A DNA stretch of 64,000 nt from Lama guanicoe (taxonomy: Eukaryota), in contig MU056776.1 in the NCBI GenBank assembly GCA_013239625.1, positions 1,240,001 through 1,304,000 of the forward strand, in the 5' to 3' direction. Shown here piece by piece: positions 26,276 to 38,900 of this stretch; the first letter of the stretch is position 1, and each line of letters opens with the position of its first letter. A model generated the notes under the pieces. It had not been told where the DNA came from. It did no database searches and was given only the letters and a program-made list of their open reading frames with translations. Made by a program: the position numbers and the translations under genes.

Positions 26276-28379
26276 GACAGAACTTCATAAGAATTTCCTT
26301 TAAACGTTGTCTCTGGAAATTCTCAATTGCCTTGGCAGATGTACTAATCTAGCTCCTCCTTCTTTATTTCTCCATGCTGTGATCTTATTCTTCTATTCAA
26401 AGACCTATTAATTGAGTAAAATAACCAAGAGCACATTCAGCTTTGCAGATCTGTATCACTGCTTTCCCTTGACACAAATACCCTGAGGGCCACCAATGAG
26501 AAACATAAATAATCCATTTGCTCAACAAGTCAAAGGAGGGGCTAGGTAATACTTACTTTTTTTTTTTCCTTCATTGGAGAAGTTACAATACACAGGGCAC
26601 ACTTCTGACTCATAACATGTGTGAACTCATTTCATCCAAACTCATGTTTATACCAATTTTATAACAGAGAAAAATGGGGCTTGGTGAAGAGGGGATATTA
26701 TTCTGGGTACATAAAATATGTGGGTAGAATATGTCTGGGGAGATATCCTTCCATTTTCTAGAAGGCAGCAGACACTGGTATCTGCTACAGAAATGTGAAA
26801 ATAAAATTTCAAGCTAGGAAGAGCAACACAAAGTTTATCCTGAATCCCTTTTGTACCAATATCCTGCCCTAGAGGTCTGGGGTTGTTCTTAGATTTTGGT
26901 AAGGAAGCACCCAAGTGGGTACTCTCTGATTACCACCTGGGAGAGAGAGCTGGGGTAGGAACCCCAGATACAAAGTAATCATATCTTACTTTCAACTTTA
27001 AATTGGCTGCAGCAATCATACGCTTTTCGCTTCTCGGAAGCCATTTCCATCAAGCTTACATTGCTTGATAGAGATTATCCCAGGGCCCACCTGCAGTCCC
27101 CTCCCTTTGGCAACATAGAAGCAAATTATATTTCATGTGCTTGCTTTGCAGTTTCACATCCAGTCTCCACTCAATTCTCACCCAGTGCTCTCAAGATTAG
27201 TGAGAGAAACATGCCCCAGCCCTTCCTTTCCCTCTGTATCTGGGTCATTGGCTTTGTGGGGCCATATTTTCTCTGCCATCTTCTCCAAGCCCCACCGTCT
27301 GACGCCCCAAACAAGCAAACATAACAGGGCTTTGGCAGAAAGGGTTTCAGTTGACCTTTTCCTTACAGTTTTTTTTAACCCTTTATATCCATTCTCATCT
27401 TCTAACTGGCAGCGACATTGCAGATCTGTGGCACTTGAGATTTGCTAGCGCCTGGTGAGACACCGTTGGAGTTTATAGGATCCGCCTCCCCAGTAAATCA
27501 CAGGACTGAAGCGGGTGATGGCTCCGTAGGACTGAGGCTGTCTTTCGTAATAGCCAGTTTATCACGCCCACCGCTGATATTCACAAGAGCCGGCTCGCTC
27601 TGGACAAAACCGTAATTTCTTACTTCATGTTTGTGAGTAATGACGGGGGCAGCTGGAGAGGGTAGGGGCTCGGAGGAAATCTGACTGTAGCTAAAAGTGT
27701 TGTACCGGGTGCCGAAGGAAAACGCGGGGCACACCCGTGCACTAAAACAGAGTCAGGTCTCAAAGTTCTTTTCAAGTTGCCTAAGCTCTGTGATTTAATA
27801 AACACAATAAAAATGAATATCTCCTTTTGGGAGAAAGAGCAGAAAGCAAAGACCAGCAGAAGGTTTATCCTCGGTAAATCATGCAAGACAACAGTGTCAG
27901 AGAGTGACTCATTTGTGATTATTATTCAGCACCTCTCAACACCTCTCCTTCCCTGGAGAGTAAGGCGACGAGGAGACCTTCGGAGTCGTCTGCCTCTCCC
28001 GTTTCAGCGTCTATTATTCTGTAGCTAATAAGGTGATGCTATCTTCCAAAGCATGTGTCAAAACCTCATTATGTTGCACATCCAGCATTACACATTTTGG
28101 CATTTGCTACATATATAAAAACAAAACTCTGCTCAAATGTGGCAAGAACACTAAAAGGAATGGCCGGGCTTATGTAAGACCCTGACCTGACTGCTTGGCG
28201 TAATTGTAGACACAAGTAGAAAATATTCTATTTCAAGACATTAATCTATTTTTGAACACTAATTCTATTTTCTACAACTGCCTAAAGTATTAGTCTTTGA
28301 AAAGGGTTTACACTTTCAATATTAGAAGTTAAAATGACTTTATAAATATAAATGTGCATATAGTACCATATTATCAGAG

Positions 28380-29370
28380 TTTAAGTTTTCATGTCTATTT
28401 GTTGTCTGATCCCCACTTAAATATACTTTTATTTCTTCCCTATTTATCTTTATGTCCCTAAAGACAGAAGTTTAGAGACAATCAAAGCATACATTGTTAT
28501 GGCTGTGCATGGGTATGCCCTTGATTTCCCTCAACCTAATACATTCGGGAACCGAATGGTCACTTTGGAGGTAGACAATTCCTATGTATTTTTTTCCTAT
28601 GTATGCGTCCTCAATCTCACCTTCCAGTGGTGTAAATCACATCTGAACACATTAGCTATTCCACTAATTTATAGTCTTGAAGAAGTCTTCCTCCGTCTTG
28701 TCCGACCCACTCCAGTCAGGCAGGACTGCGCTCTAGAATTCCAGCACCCAGTGCCTGTGAGCTCCTCCTTAGTCATCCCGTTGCATTCCTTTTATCTCTC
28801 TCTCATGTTCACCCCCTCTTTCTCAGAACTTCTCATTTTCTGCTGTAGTTGCTTCCTTGTTTTGGTGGAGCAAACACCCCCTCCCCAGTTGCTTCCTGCA
28901 ACAGGATGCATGGTGGGTAAAAATTTTGAGATCTTGGGTCATAAAATAGGAAAGATGCCAAACAAAATGAGGGTTATCTTCAGGATTTAGGGCAGAAAAG
29001 CAGCAAGGCAGACAGACAAGTAGACAGGAGTTCTAATTGTCTAACAGAGATGGAGACTGAGGTTGGACTAAGATGGAGGATTCCCTGGAGCAGCTACAGA
29101 GGTGGATCCCTGATGATTTGAAAGTTTGCCATCTTGAGTCTTGTTTTGGGTCTATTTTCATCCATCATGCAGGGCTCTTAGAGAAACGTTTTAATCTGGA
29201 AATTCATGTCTTTCTTCTAGGAAATAAACTGGAGAATACATTGTTGATTTTTCTGGGTCCCATTTTCATCTCCTTGCCTTCCAGTTTTGGATCCTACTTT
29301 CCATCCATTTGTCTTTTTGCTTTGCTTTCTTGAAGATTTCCTCAACTGTCTCTTTTAACTTTTATTATTC
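28380..29370 (-). mobile_element. HAL1/old L1M fragment
   Basis: ttttcatccatcatgcagggctc...ttttaatctggaaattcatgtctttcttctagg resembles reverse-strand HAL1. Confidence 0.6.
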
Positions 29371-29380
29371 ACTTGTGCAT

Positions 29381-30027
29381 TTTTTTAAACATTTTTTATA
29401 TTGAAGTATAGTTGGTTTACAATGTTGTATTAATTTCTGGTGTACAGCATAGTGATTCAGTTACACATATATGTATATTCCTTTTCATATTCTCTTTCCT
29501 TATAAGCCATTACAAGGTATTGAATATTGTTCCCTGTGCTGTATAGTAGGACCTTATTGTTTATCTATTTTATATATAGTAATTAGTATCTGCAAATCTA
29601 GAACTCTCAATTTATCCCTTCCCGACCTCTTTCCTCCATGGTAACCATAAGTTTGTTTTTTTATGTCTGCGAATCTGTTTTATAAATAAGATCCTTTGTG
29701 TCTTTTTTTTTTTTAGATTCCACATATAAGTGATATTAGATGGTATTTTTCTTTTTCTTTCTCTTTCTGACTTACTTNNNNNNNNNNNNNNNNNNNNNNN
29801 NNNNNNNNNNNNNNNNNNNNNNNNNNNNNNNNNNNNNNNNNNNNNNNNNNNNNNNNNNNNNNNNNNNNNNNNNNNNNNNNNNNNNNNNNNNNNNNNNNNN
29901 NNNNNNNNNNNNNNNNNNNNNTTGATAGAAATTTAAGTTGCTTCCTTGTCTTGGCTGTTGTAAATAGTGCTGCTGTGAACACTGGGGTGCATGCATCTTT
30001 TTGATTCAGAGTTTCCTCCAGATATAT
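29381..30027 (-). mobile_element. Relatively young L1 3' end (artiodactyl/camelid), interrupted by an assembly gap
   Basis: PolyT then ttgaagtatagttggtttacaatgttg...ttagattccacatataagtgata...cttggctgttgtaaatagtgctgctgtgaacactggggtgcatg; minus-strand peptide MFTAALFTTAKT resembles the L1 ORF2 C-terminus. Confidence 0.95.
29778..29921. other. Assembly gap (144 N) inside L1
   Basis: Run of N. Confidence 1.
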
Positions 30028-30259
30028 TTGTTATCTTTATGGTTGATTGCTGATCTGAGAACTATGTTCTGAGTAACAAGATTCTAAAAAAGAGCCTCAT
30101 TTAGGTTTAATAAGACACTACCTTTGTTGATTACCTGCAAATCACCTTCATAACCAAAAGGGGGGAAACCGTGGGACAGACCATACAGAAGGCAACAATA
30201 TAGAGATAGAATTTTATAATATTACTTTGTATTGCAATAATTTTAATAGATGTCAGTTA

Positions 30260-30720
30260 TTCATACCTTTATCCATTCACTTATTTATTCAATAGATATT
30301 TCTTCAGTGCTCATTACATGGAAGGTATTATTCTAAGTTCTGTACATAGCAAGAAAAATCTTTTTCATCAGAGTGTATCTGCTATACATTCCAGTAATAG
30401 TGATAACAGTGCAAGAAGTATGTAGAGAGAGCAAAAATTAAGAAAATAATTGAATGACTAAAGTTTGGAAAACCTCACCATGTATATAGAAGCCTGAAGG
30501 ACCAAGATATATATGAGAAGTCTAGATTAGGTGCAAACAGACCGAGGTAATAAAAATGCCTGATTTCTTGGGAACTCAGAGTTCCTGAAAAATCATGTGG
30601 GGAGGTAGATGGTTGAAGTGAGACTGGAGACTTGATAAAGACAGCATCGAGAGACGCGATGGTGGTCACTTGCCAAAATTTGATGGGCAAAGCAGAAACT
30701 TCATTATGTAGGTATGAAGT
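30260..30720 (-). mobile_element. L2 3' fragment
   Basis: cattcacttatttattcaatagatatttcttcagtgctcattacatg, the reverse L2 tail, followed by purine-rich body. Confidence 0.6.
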
Positions 30721-31744
30721 CAGGAAGCACTGAAGCAGTAGCTTCAGGGATATAAATCAAATAAATTGAGATATCACTTTTAAATTCAGTTGGGAAAGCA
30801 TGTTGTAGAACTAGAATAGTTCCAATGAGTTTCTGACAAAAAAGGTATTTGAAAATTTTGAATCAGAGGCCCTTTAATTGGATTTAGAAAGGCTGAAGAT
30901 TTGCCTGGGCTTCTATCATGTGAGACATAGATCCCACCAGGTAAAAATAAGCCACAATCAGACATGATTATAGAAAGGTACACTTTCTTCTGTTTTGTCT
31001 GCTTTGGGACCTGTAATCTTTACTAATTAATATGATTCCAAAGTCCTGGACATCTTATAGACTGTATAGAAGCATTTTGTTCTTTAATATTGGGTTTAAG
31101 GAGACCCGAATAATTTCTTGAAATGATTCAGCTGACATTTTACAGTGAGCAATAGGCAACCTGTGCTACAACATGAACTACCTCACTAAAGACTAGGAGA
31201 AAATCTGGAAGAAGTGTGAGCAGTCTCTTCTCTGGCTGAGTCTGGATCAAACTTTTCAATTCACTTACATTATTCCACAAATATTTACTGAGCAGTTGCT
31301 CTGTGCCAAAGACGTTGCATACAGAAAAGCGGGTGAGAGAGCACAGCGTGGCGCCTTTGTTTGCAAATGTGGCATGTGCTGTGGGGCTGTGAGGCTCACT
31401 TCTTCCCTCCAGGATTTCTCATCTTTTTTTAGGCACGGGCCTTAAAGAAGCCTCCGTGATGCTGCAGCCCTTTGCCTCTCTGAGTATTTCCCATCAGTGT
31501 TGCTTTGTTCCGCGATGTTAACGCTGCAGACTCTTCGGGACTCTTCTGGCTTGCGTTGTCTTAGTTGTGGGGATCAGGGGAGGTGGGGCATGAATCCATC
31601 TTTTATTATTTAATAGAGCTCTTTAGTAGATTAGATACCTGTCTTATGTAGATTGTATTATTAGTTACTGGCTAAATTTTGGTTGATTACTGTCAGAAAT
31701 AATACCTAGCATATCAACTTTACTTGAATAATCACTAAATAGTG

Positions 31745-31820
31745 TTTTCTTTCTTTCCATCTTTCTTTCCTCTTTCCTTTCTTCCCTCTTTCCTTTCTTC
31801 TTTTGTTTCTTCCTTTCTTC
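31745..31820. repeat. Pyrimidine-rich (TTTC/TTCC)-like low-complexity tract
   Basis: Seen directly. Confidence 0.85.
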
Positions 31821-32094
31821 AATAGATACTGAGAAACATATGTTATGCCCTGGGATAGATACTGGCATGCATGAGCATATATTCTGAAATTCATGACCAT
31901 ATAGTTTAGAGGGCTGGTGCCAAACAGAGCGATGATTATAAGAAGATACACTGGAAATACCAATTTTGAAATTATGTCTTTAAAAGTAATCTCTAGGTAT
32001 TTATATCTATAACTAATTACATACACATTTTATTAACATACTTATACAAATAAAATATTATAAATCATTTGAGGATTACAAAATTTTAGACAAA

Positions 32095-32280
32095 TTTTCT
32101 TATCTTAATTTTCTCATCTTTATAATGGGAATTATGATGAGTTATTGTGAGAACAAAAATGAGTACCATTACAAGCATTAAATAATATAATAAGCATGTA
32201 GCACTTAGTGTGGTTCTTGGCTCATAGTTGATATTAAAAATGTTATAATAATGATAATAATGTTAATAATTATAATAATT
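32095..32280 (+). mobile_element. MIR SINE
   Basis: Core ttttctcatctttataatggga...gttattgtgag...tagcacttag...cttggctcatagt. Confidence 0.7.
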
Positions 32281-35200
32281 GTTGTTAAATAGAGTCCTTT
32301 TAAATTAAACTTCCAAACAACTCTCTTATTTGTTACATTTTCATTCTATTTACGTTTCTTAGAAGGTGTCTTTCTGGACTATTGGAATGTCATTCCTTAA
32401 ATGCCTCTGAAGACTGACGGCTTTGCCATTGGAAGTCCTCAAATATTTGAGGCCTTTTGAATTCTAAATGGGCTCAAACTTTGACATTGTTCTTTTTCTA
32501 AGGAATAAGAGTGCCTGCCTTTGATTTTTCCAAACACAATAAACTGGAAAGCTTGTAACTTTAGCCTAGTTACTAGCAAGTTCTTTAATTAGGGTCTCGA
32601 TTGACCACATCCAGGGACTGCCTGTATTGCATTGTACCAAGTATTTATTTTCGAAGGACACTATGCCAGGGTCTCTGGTTATTATGAGAGATGCCTTCAG
32701 AAGGCACTGGCCTTCAAAAGATCTACAAGCCAGGAATGAAGCTAACTGTGAACATAAAGATCTGTAGTGTGAGGTGGCATGCAATAAGTACTTTAATAGA
32801 AGTAGAAAGTTTTATAAAAGCACAGAGGAAGAGAAAATTAATTCTAGCTGGAAAGGTTGTGGGTAAATTCTTAGTGGTTACAATATTTAAATTTACATTT
32901 TAAGAGTGGCTATATTTACAGCAAATATAAACATTGCAGATGGGAAGACCCCCAGGGGAAGAGTATGAATTAAATCATAGAGGTAGAAAGACTATATTTG
33001 GGAACTGAGAAGTGAAGTTTTCCTGGAAGACAAGGCAAATAGTGAGAAATTAGCTGGAAAGAGAATTTGGACCATGAAGAAATGTCTTTTCCATCACAGG
33101 TTCTGTCTTCAATTTGTTTGGGTTCCCATGATAAAATTCAAGATATGTGGTCATCCTCCTCCCACCCCCATTCTTCATGATTACTTATCTCCATTCAGCT
33201 TGACATTGTTTACTTACCAAAAGTTTCTTTCTTAAAATTTAAACTCTCTCTTCAAAATTTTTATTTAAGGAATTTTAATCTACATTTCGTGGCCACAATT
33301 ATGGATACTTCCCATAATTTCTTCCTAAAATAAACTAACCTTTTGATTAATTTTGATAATTAAAGCAGTGTTGAATATTCAAGGTGGTGCTTTTACTACA
33401 TAAGGTCACACTTGTCATTAAGAGGGAACATTTTAATTTTATGATGACTTTAATAAAAAATCAAAGCTGTTACAAACATTAAGTGGCATATAACTCACAC
33501 AATTTTCTTTACATTTTTAATAAGGTTGTTTTATATAGTTTAATTATGGTATATCATTATTTAAAATTTCAGTCTTTTTTGGAAGTATTTGGTTGGTGTC
33601 ATAAGAAAGAAACATTTTACCTTATAAATTATGTCAGGAATATTTGTAAATCTTCATATAAAACTATTTTTGCTGCAAACATACATACACATAACTAACA
33701 TGTTGTATATTCATGTTTCTATGATTGTTTCAGAGTTGGCTTAAATACAGTAAAAAAAAAAGAAAAAGTTTCATTTTGAGATAGCTCAGAAACTTGGAGG
33801 TATATAGGACAGGCTAATGGTAATTGTCTCTAGAAACTTCAGATCACCTTTGTCAGTAAATTTTCATCCAACATAACACATTCCATGCTTCATTTCTCTT
33901 CAGTAATATCAAGGGTTCACTTTGGACATTTTTTGTTGCTGCTGTTAGCAAAATAGAAAAGAAATCGATGTCATATGTTCTGAGGATGCTGGAAGCTTTC
34001 CAGATGTCCAGCGTCACATGCAGCCAATAATTGTGACCAATGAATTTCTACCCCTGGACTGACATTAAAAATTTCTCTCAGGCAGATCTTTAAAGCAAAT
34101 CTGTGACCATTAGTGGATGGGGCCACTGAAAATGACATTCCTGGCTGTGTGGCTCTATTTACAAATTTTCTTCCTTTCTAGTACCTTATTGAGCAATGTT
34201 TCAGTTGATCATAATTTCTAGCAATTCTTATTGAAATCAAAATTTTATGTTGATTTTTTAAACAATTTTTTCAGATTTAGTCATAAGCAGCTATTTAATT
34301 TTTTGATTATTTTTATTTTCTAATGACTCTGCAAATATAGAGTAGAAAACTTAAAGTTTTACTTATTTTCTTTTGTATTTTTCTCCAGCAATATTCTGAG
34401 ACCTTTTCCTTGTGCTATTAGAAGAATTCTATTGACCACAATAAATAAATAAATCTAAAAAGTGATAAGCTACCATAGGTTAACACCTCATGAATCTATA
34501 GTATCACTTTCTAAAGTGTCTGGGAAACCTGGAGTGTCAACTAGCTTCGCCATCTGTCAGTCACACCATAAACAGTTACTTTTGTCTCATACGTGTTCGG
34601 TCATTTGTCAATCTTAGAGAGTTTATATTTTGTTGATTTCAAAATGACAGCTAAATGATGTTTGTTTACTCATTAGTTGGACTGTAGATTACCTTGCTTG
34701 GCACTCGGTGTCTCTACCAAGTGCAATCTTTGAAGGTTATTATGACAACTTGAAGTTTTATAGGAGAATGGAAGGGAAAGAGGTAGAGTTCCCACAATCT
34801 GCTGAGAATTGATGTAACTTGAATTGCATCATATTCATGCGACAGCTTCTGAAATTGTCTGTGTGCACCAGAAAGAATGTGCCATCTCTTAGATATCGGA
34901 GCTGAGAAAAAATATTTCTTGCCACTTTTTGATTGCTCAAGATGTGAAGATAATAATCTACAATTTAATCTATTTGGAAAAGAGTTGGTATTAAACATAT
35001 TCATTGTTTCTAGGAAAAATTCATGTATTACAATTTTTCAAGATCACATATATATATATTTTTCTTGCAGTCCTTTGATGACTCTCAAACTTTATCCAAT
35101 TAAGTATATATGACTGACTGTCTATCATTCCAGCTGAAGGGGCTGATAGCATGCCTCATTTACGTCCAGAGTTCATTACTCAAAACCAACATTAAGTAGA

Positions 35201-38200
35201 GGCATGAAAGCCAATCTGCCTTCCCTAAATGTATCTGGTAGCTCCCATGGGAAAGGAGTTGTTTAGCCTGGTTCATTCTTCTCCTGGAGCTTGCATTACA
35301 GCCAAGAGCCACACTGCTGAATGAAGTGAGGTTCAAGGGGCTCTGTACAGTGCTGGAATGGGCATCCAGGCTCTGCTTGCTCTCAAACATGGGGTGGTCT
35401 TAATATCTTTACCATCATGCATAATCATTTGAAGGAAGCCTGCCTCATTATCTACCTGTACATTCAGTGATGGGCACTTGTACCTGCCCACTTTGGCAGG
35501 ACTTGGGTCTCTCTTGGAGGGTGGGATTGGGCTCCCTTTCCTCAGTGGCCACAGGTGGGGAGTCGGCACCCTTCTGGGCACTGACACACTTCTCCTGGCA
35601 AGAGGTGGTTTGTTGTCAGCAGCTCAGCTGGTCCCCGAGGAAAGAAAGAAAGAGCAGCAGTGTGGCTACCGGGGTGCTGTAGTTTCCCAAGGTGTCCCGT
35701 TTGTGGCTCAGAGAAAATCCCTGCCACTCTAGTAGACAGAAAATTGCTTCTGGAACAGCAGGTTTTTTAACAGAAGGATGAGCCCTCTGTGATGCTCTCT
35801 GTCAAGGAAGTTCCGTGTGTTAATAGAATACATGGATATGGAACCATGATTTCTGCTCCCTACTCAGCACTAGGACAAGCCTACTCATTTCTGTTTCCTT
35901 CCTGCATGGAACCATAATGTACCTCCTTGCTAGATTTTTGGTTTGGACCACAAATGTTAACCCCATTAGTATTCTCAGAGAAGGGATGTGTGAGGGGTAG
36001 GGTGAGGAAGGTGGCGGTATATTCCATTTCTCTCAGAAAGCCCTTAGAAGCTTCATACAAATTTATATCCTCTCATTAACTCTGTTCTCTTACCTACACC
36101 ATCTTCTATCCTCCCTTTTAATAACCAATAAGGATAAATGGCTTAGAAAGTCAACTAATTAGTAATAGAAGAGCAGGTTAATAAGTATTAGTTGTCTGAA
36201 AACAAGTCCTTTTTCAGTTTCTTTACTATATAGATTCATTTTATTTCAGTTTTAATTAATTTGAATAAACATTATCAATGACCTACGCTCTTATACATGG
36301 GAGCTATTGGAGGAATGAGAAACAGTCACAACTCATCCAGGAAGAGAGACTTACACAGATAATGTTAGATTCCTTTACATGTTCTAAAGAGATACAGATA
36401 AAAAAGCAATCAACTCTATCTCAACTTCAGAGCTTGATCAGAAAAACCTTTTGGAAGTTTTGAATACATTCTAAATTCAAAAAGGAATAATGCTCTTTAT
36501 ATGATTTGGCTAAAAATTATACACAGATTTCCAGGGTAAAAGAAAAATCAAGTTACTGTTCTTTCAAATTACATGTTTATTTTGGTGTTTGTGTATCTGT
36601 GTCTTAAACGTATTTCTACACCTATTAAAACCTATTGCATTTTACGTTGGTGTGTGTGTGTTCTGTGTGTGTGTGTGTTAAGTATATTTCTACACTTATT
36701 AGACACCTATTTTACCTTATTTAAGAGCTATGTCCCTTAGTCATTTCCATGTACCAGTACCTAACACAAAACCAGTCACAGGCATTAAATAAATGTTTTT
36801 TTTGAGTGAATACTTAATTACAGTATGAAACTTTTGAATCTCTCTTCCATGAAATAAGACATTTATTCCTTGACTGTAGTTAATGACACAAAGAAAAATC
36901 TTATGTGCAGCTATTGGCTTAAGGACATATTTCAGTTCATATGTTTCTCTTAAGAATTGATTCCTTTACAACTCTTCTAGGCTTCAACACAAGTAGTGGG
37001 GAAGGGTTATATAATTAATCATAAGTGTTACATTTGTTTTTGTTTTTATATCATAGTAAATATAAAAATATACAGTTCATTAAAACAATCAGTGTCAGAA
37101 CATTGGTACATTTTGCAGTAAACATGGATCAAAATTATAAAAATATTTGGAATTTTATTCTTGAAAAATTGAATAGCTAAAAAAAAACCCCTATTTCATA
37201 GTACTGCACCAAAAATTCAAAGACATTGTTAGTTGTAGCTGGTGATTCTTAGATACAGCTCATGAATGGAAGCAGCACTATTTAGCAAAAAAAGAAGCAG
37301 CCCAAATATTTCTCTAGGTGTGTCTGTGCTCATAAAGTGGTGTGTCTGAATTTTTGCCTTTTCTGATGTGCCCGTTTCCAGACTCTTTGTGCATATCTGG
37401 ACCCAATTTTGTTTTCTCCCCCAACTCTGTTGAATTTTCCTTTTATTGTGGCCATTTGTTTTTTTTTTTCTGATTCTATTAGTATAATTCCTGACTCCAG
37501 CCTTCTGTCCTTAACCACAGCTTAGACTAAATAATTCCCACAAACACCCATTAGAATGATCCATCTGTGCTTGAAATTTCACAATTAAGCTAAAAGGTAA
37601 TGATCAAAACTGTCCTGAGTCATTTAAGATGCAGTGCAAATGAGATATCTGCTAGTAGGTATGATGATCAAAAGATAGGGACAAAAGCAAGATGCAGAGG
37701 AATGTGGTGAAGTGGCTGGTGAGTGGAGGAGAATGGGGAGACAGCCATCAAAGGCAAGCTTCATCTACTCGGTCCTTGTATCCAGAGCAAGACCAATTCT
37801 ATGTGAAGCACTGCTGAGTGGTTACTTGTTCTGACATTACTCTACATCATATTATTACTTTGGCAGATGTAATTATTTTACTAAGTTGTTATTGAAGTCT
37901 ATTTATTGGCTCAGTCGGGTTTTGTAAGGAAGAACACAGAGATGTGTCATCATGCTTTCGCTTTTCTTAAAACCGATGCAGGGAGTTTCACAGTTTCTTT
38001 GAGGGTCAGAAGAGCCATAGATCAGATCCCTGAGAACCATTTTTCACTAGAGTTTCCAAAGATTTCTCATTGTAGACAAATTGGTATAAACATTTCTATA
38101 AACATATTTATGTAGCTCATATATCTAAATTGTAATAAACATTTTTAATATTTGACATGAGTGTCTGCCACAAGGAAGAATTTATGACTTTTAAAACTCT

Positions 38201-38861
38201 GATGAATAAAATTAGACTGAAAGAGGAAAGATTATTTCTTTCTCAGTACAAATTGATCTCTGGATCTAAGTGACTGTCTGCATATGAGTGGGGAACGTGA
38301 GGAAAGTGACAGCAATGAAATAGGTTGCTTATTCCCGCTGCCATCCTAAAATCACCATCCACTCTACCGCCATAGGGTTCTCTAAGGGGATTGTGTTGCA
38401 TTCCAGGAAAAATCATATTAAATGAACAAGACAGCTCATCACCGTGATTGATAACCACATCACCCTGGGCCTTGCCAAATATCTGTATGAGTAAACCCAG
38501 AAGCTACTTATCAATCACTAGTTTTTTATTATTATTATTATTAAACAAAAACAAATGGAATTACTAACACTCTCACAGGAGTCATTTCAAAACCTTGTGT
38601 ATTTTTTCATTCTAAACTAGACTTCAGTTCTATAATCATTTTTATTTTTTGATGAAAATGGTACGAATTTAAATATGATTTTATTTACTTGAAATAATTT
38701 ACCTGAAAGCAATTTTTATATGGATTTAAAACTGAATGTCTTAAATCAGTTTGGCATAATAGTCAAGGGCAGCTAATTTTTTCAGCATAGAGTTGGAACA
38801 AGTTCAAAAGAACTCAAATTAGTAGCCATCAATTAAGTGTAAATTTGGGGTTTTCCCTAAT

Positions 38862-38900
38862 TTTCTCTTTCTTCTTTCCTTCCTTCCTTCCTTCCTTCCA
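38862..38900. repeat. (TTCC)n microsatellite
   Basis: Seen directly. Confidence 0.9.

Noticed and set aside
28499-28990. 163-aa ORF
   Set aside because: Antisense reading of a decayed HAL1/L1 fragment; no homology recognised.
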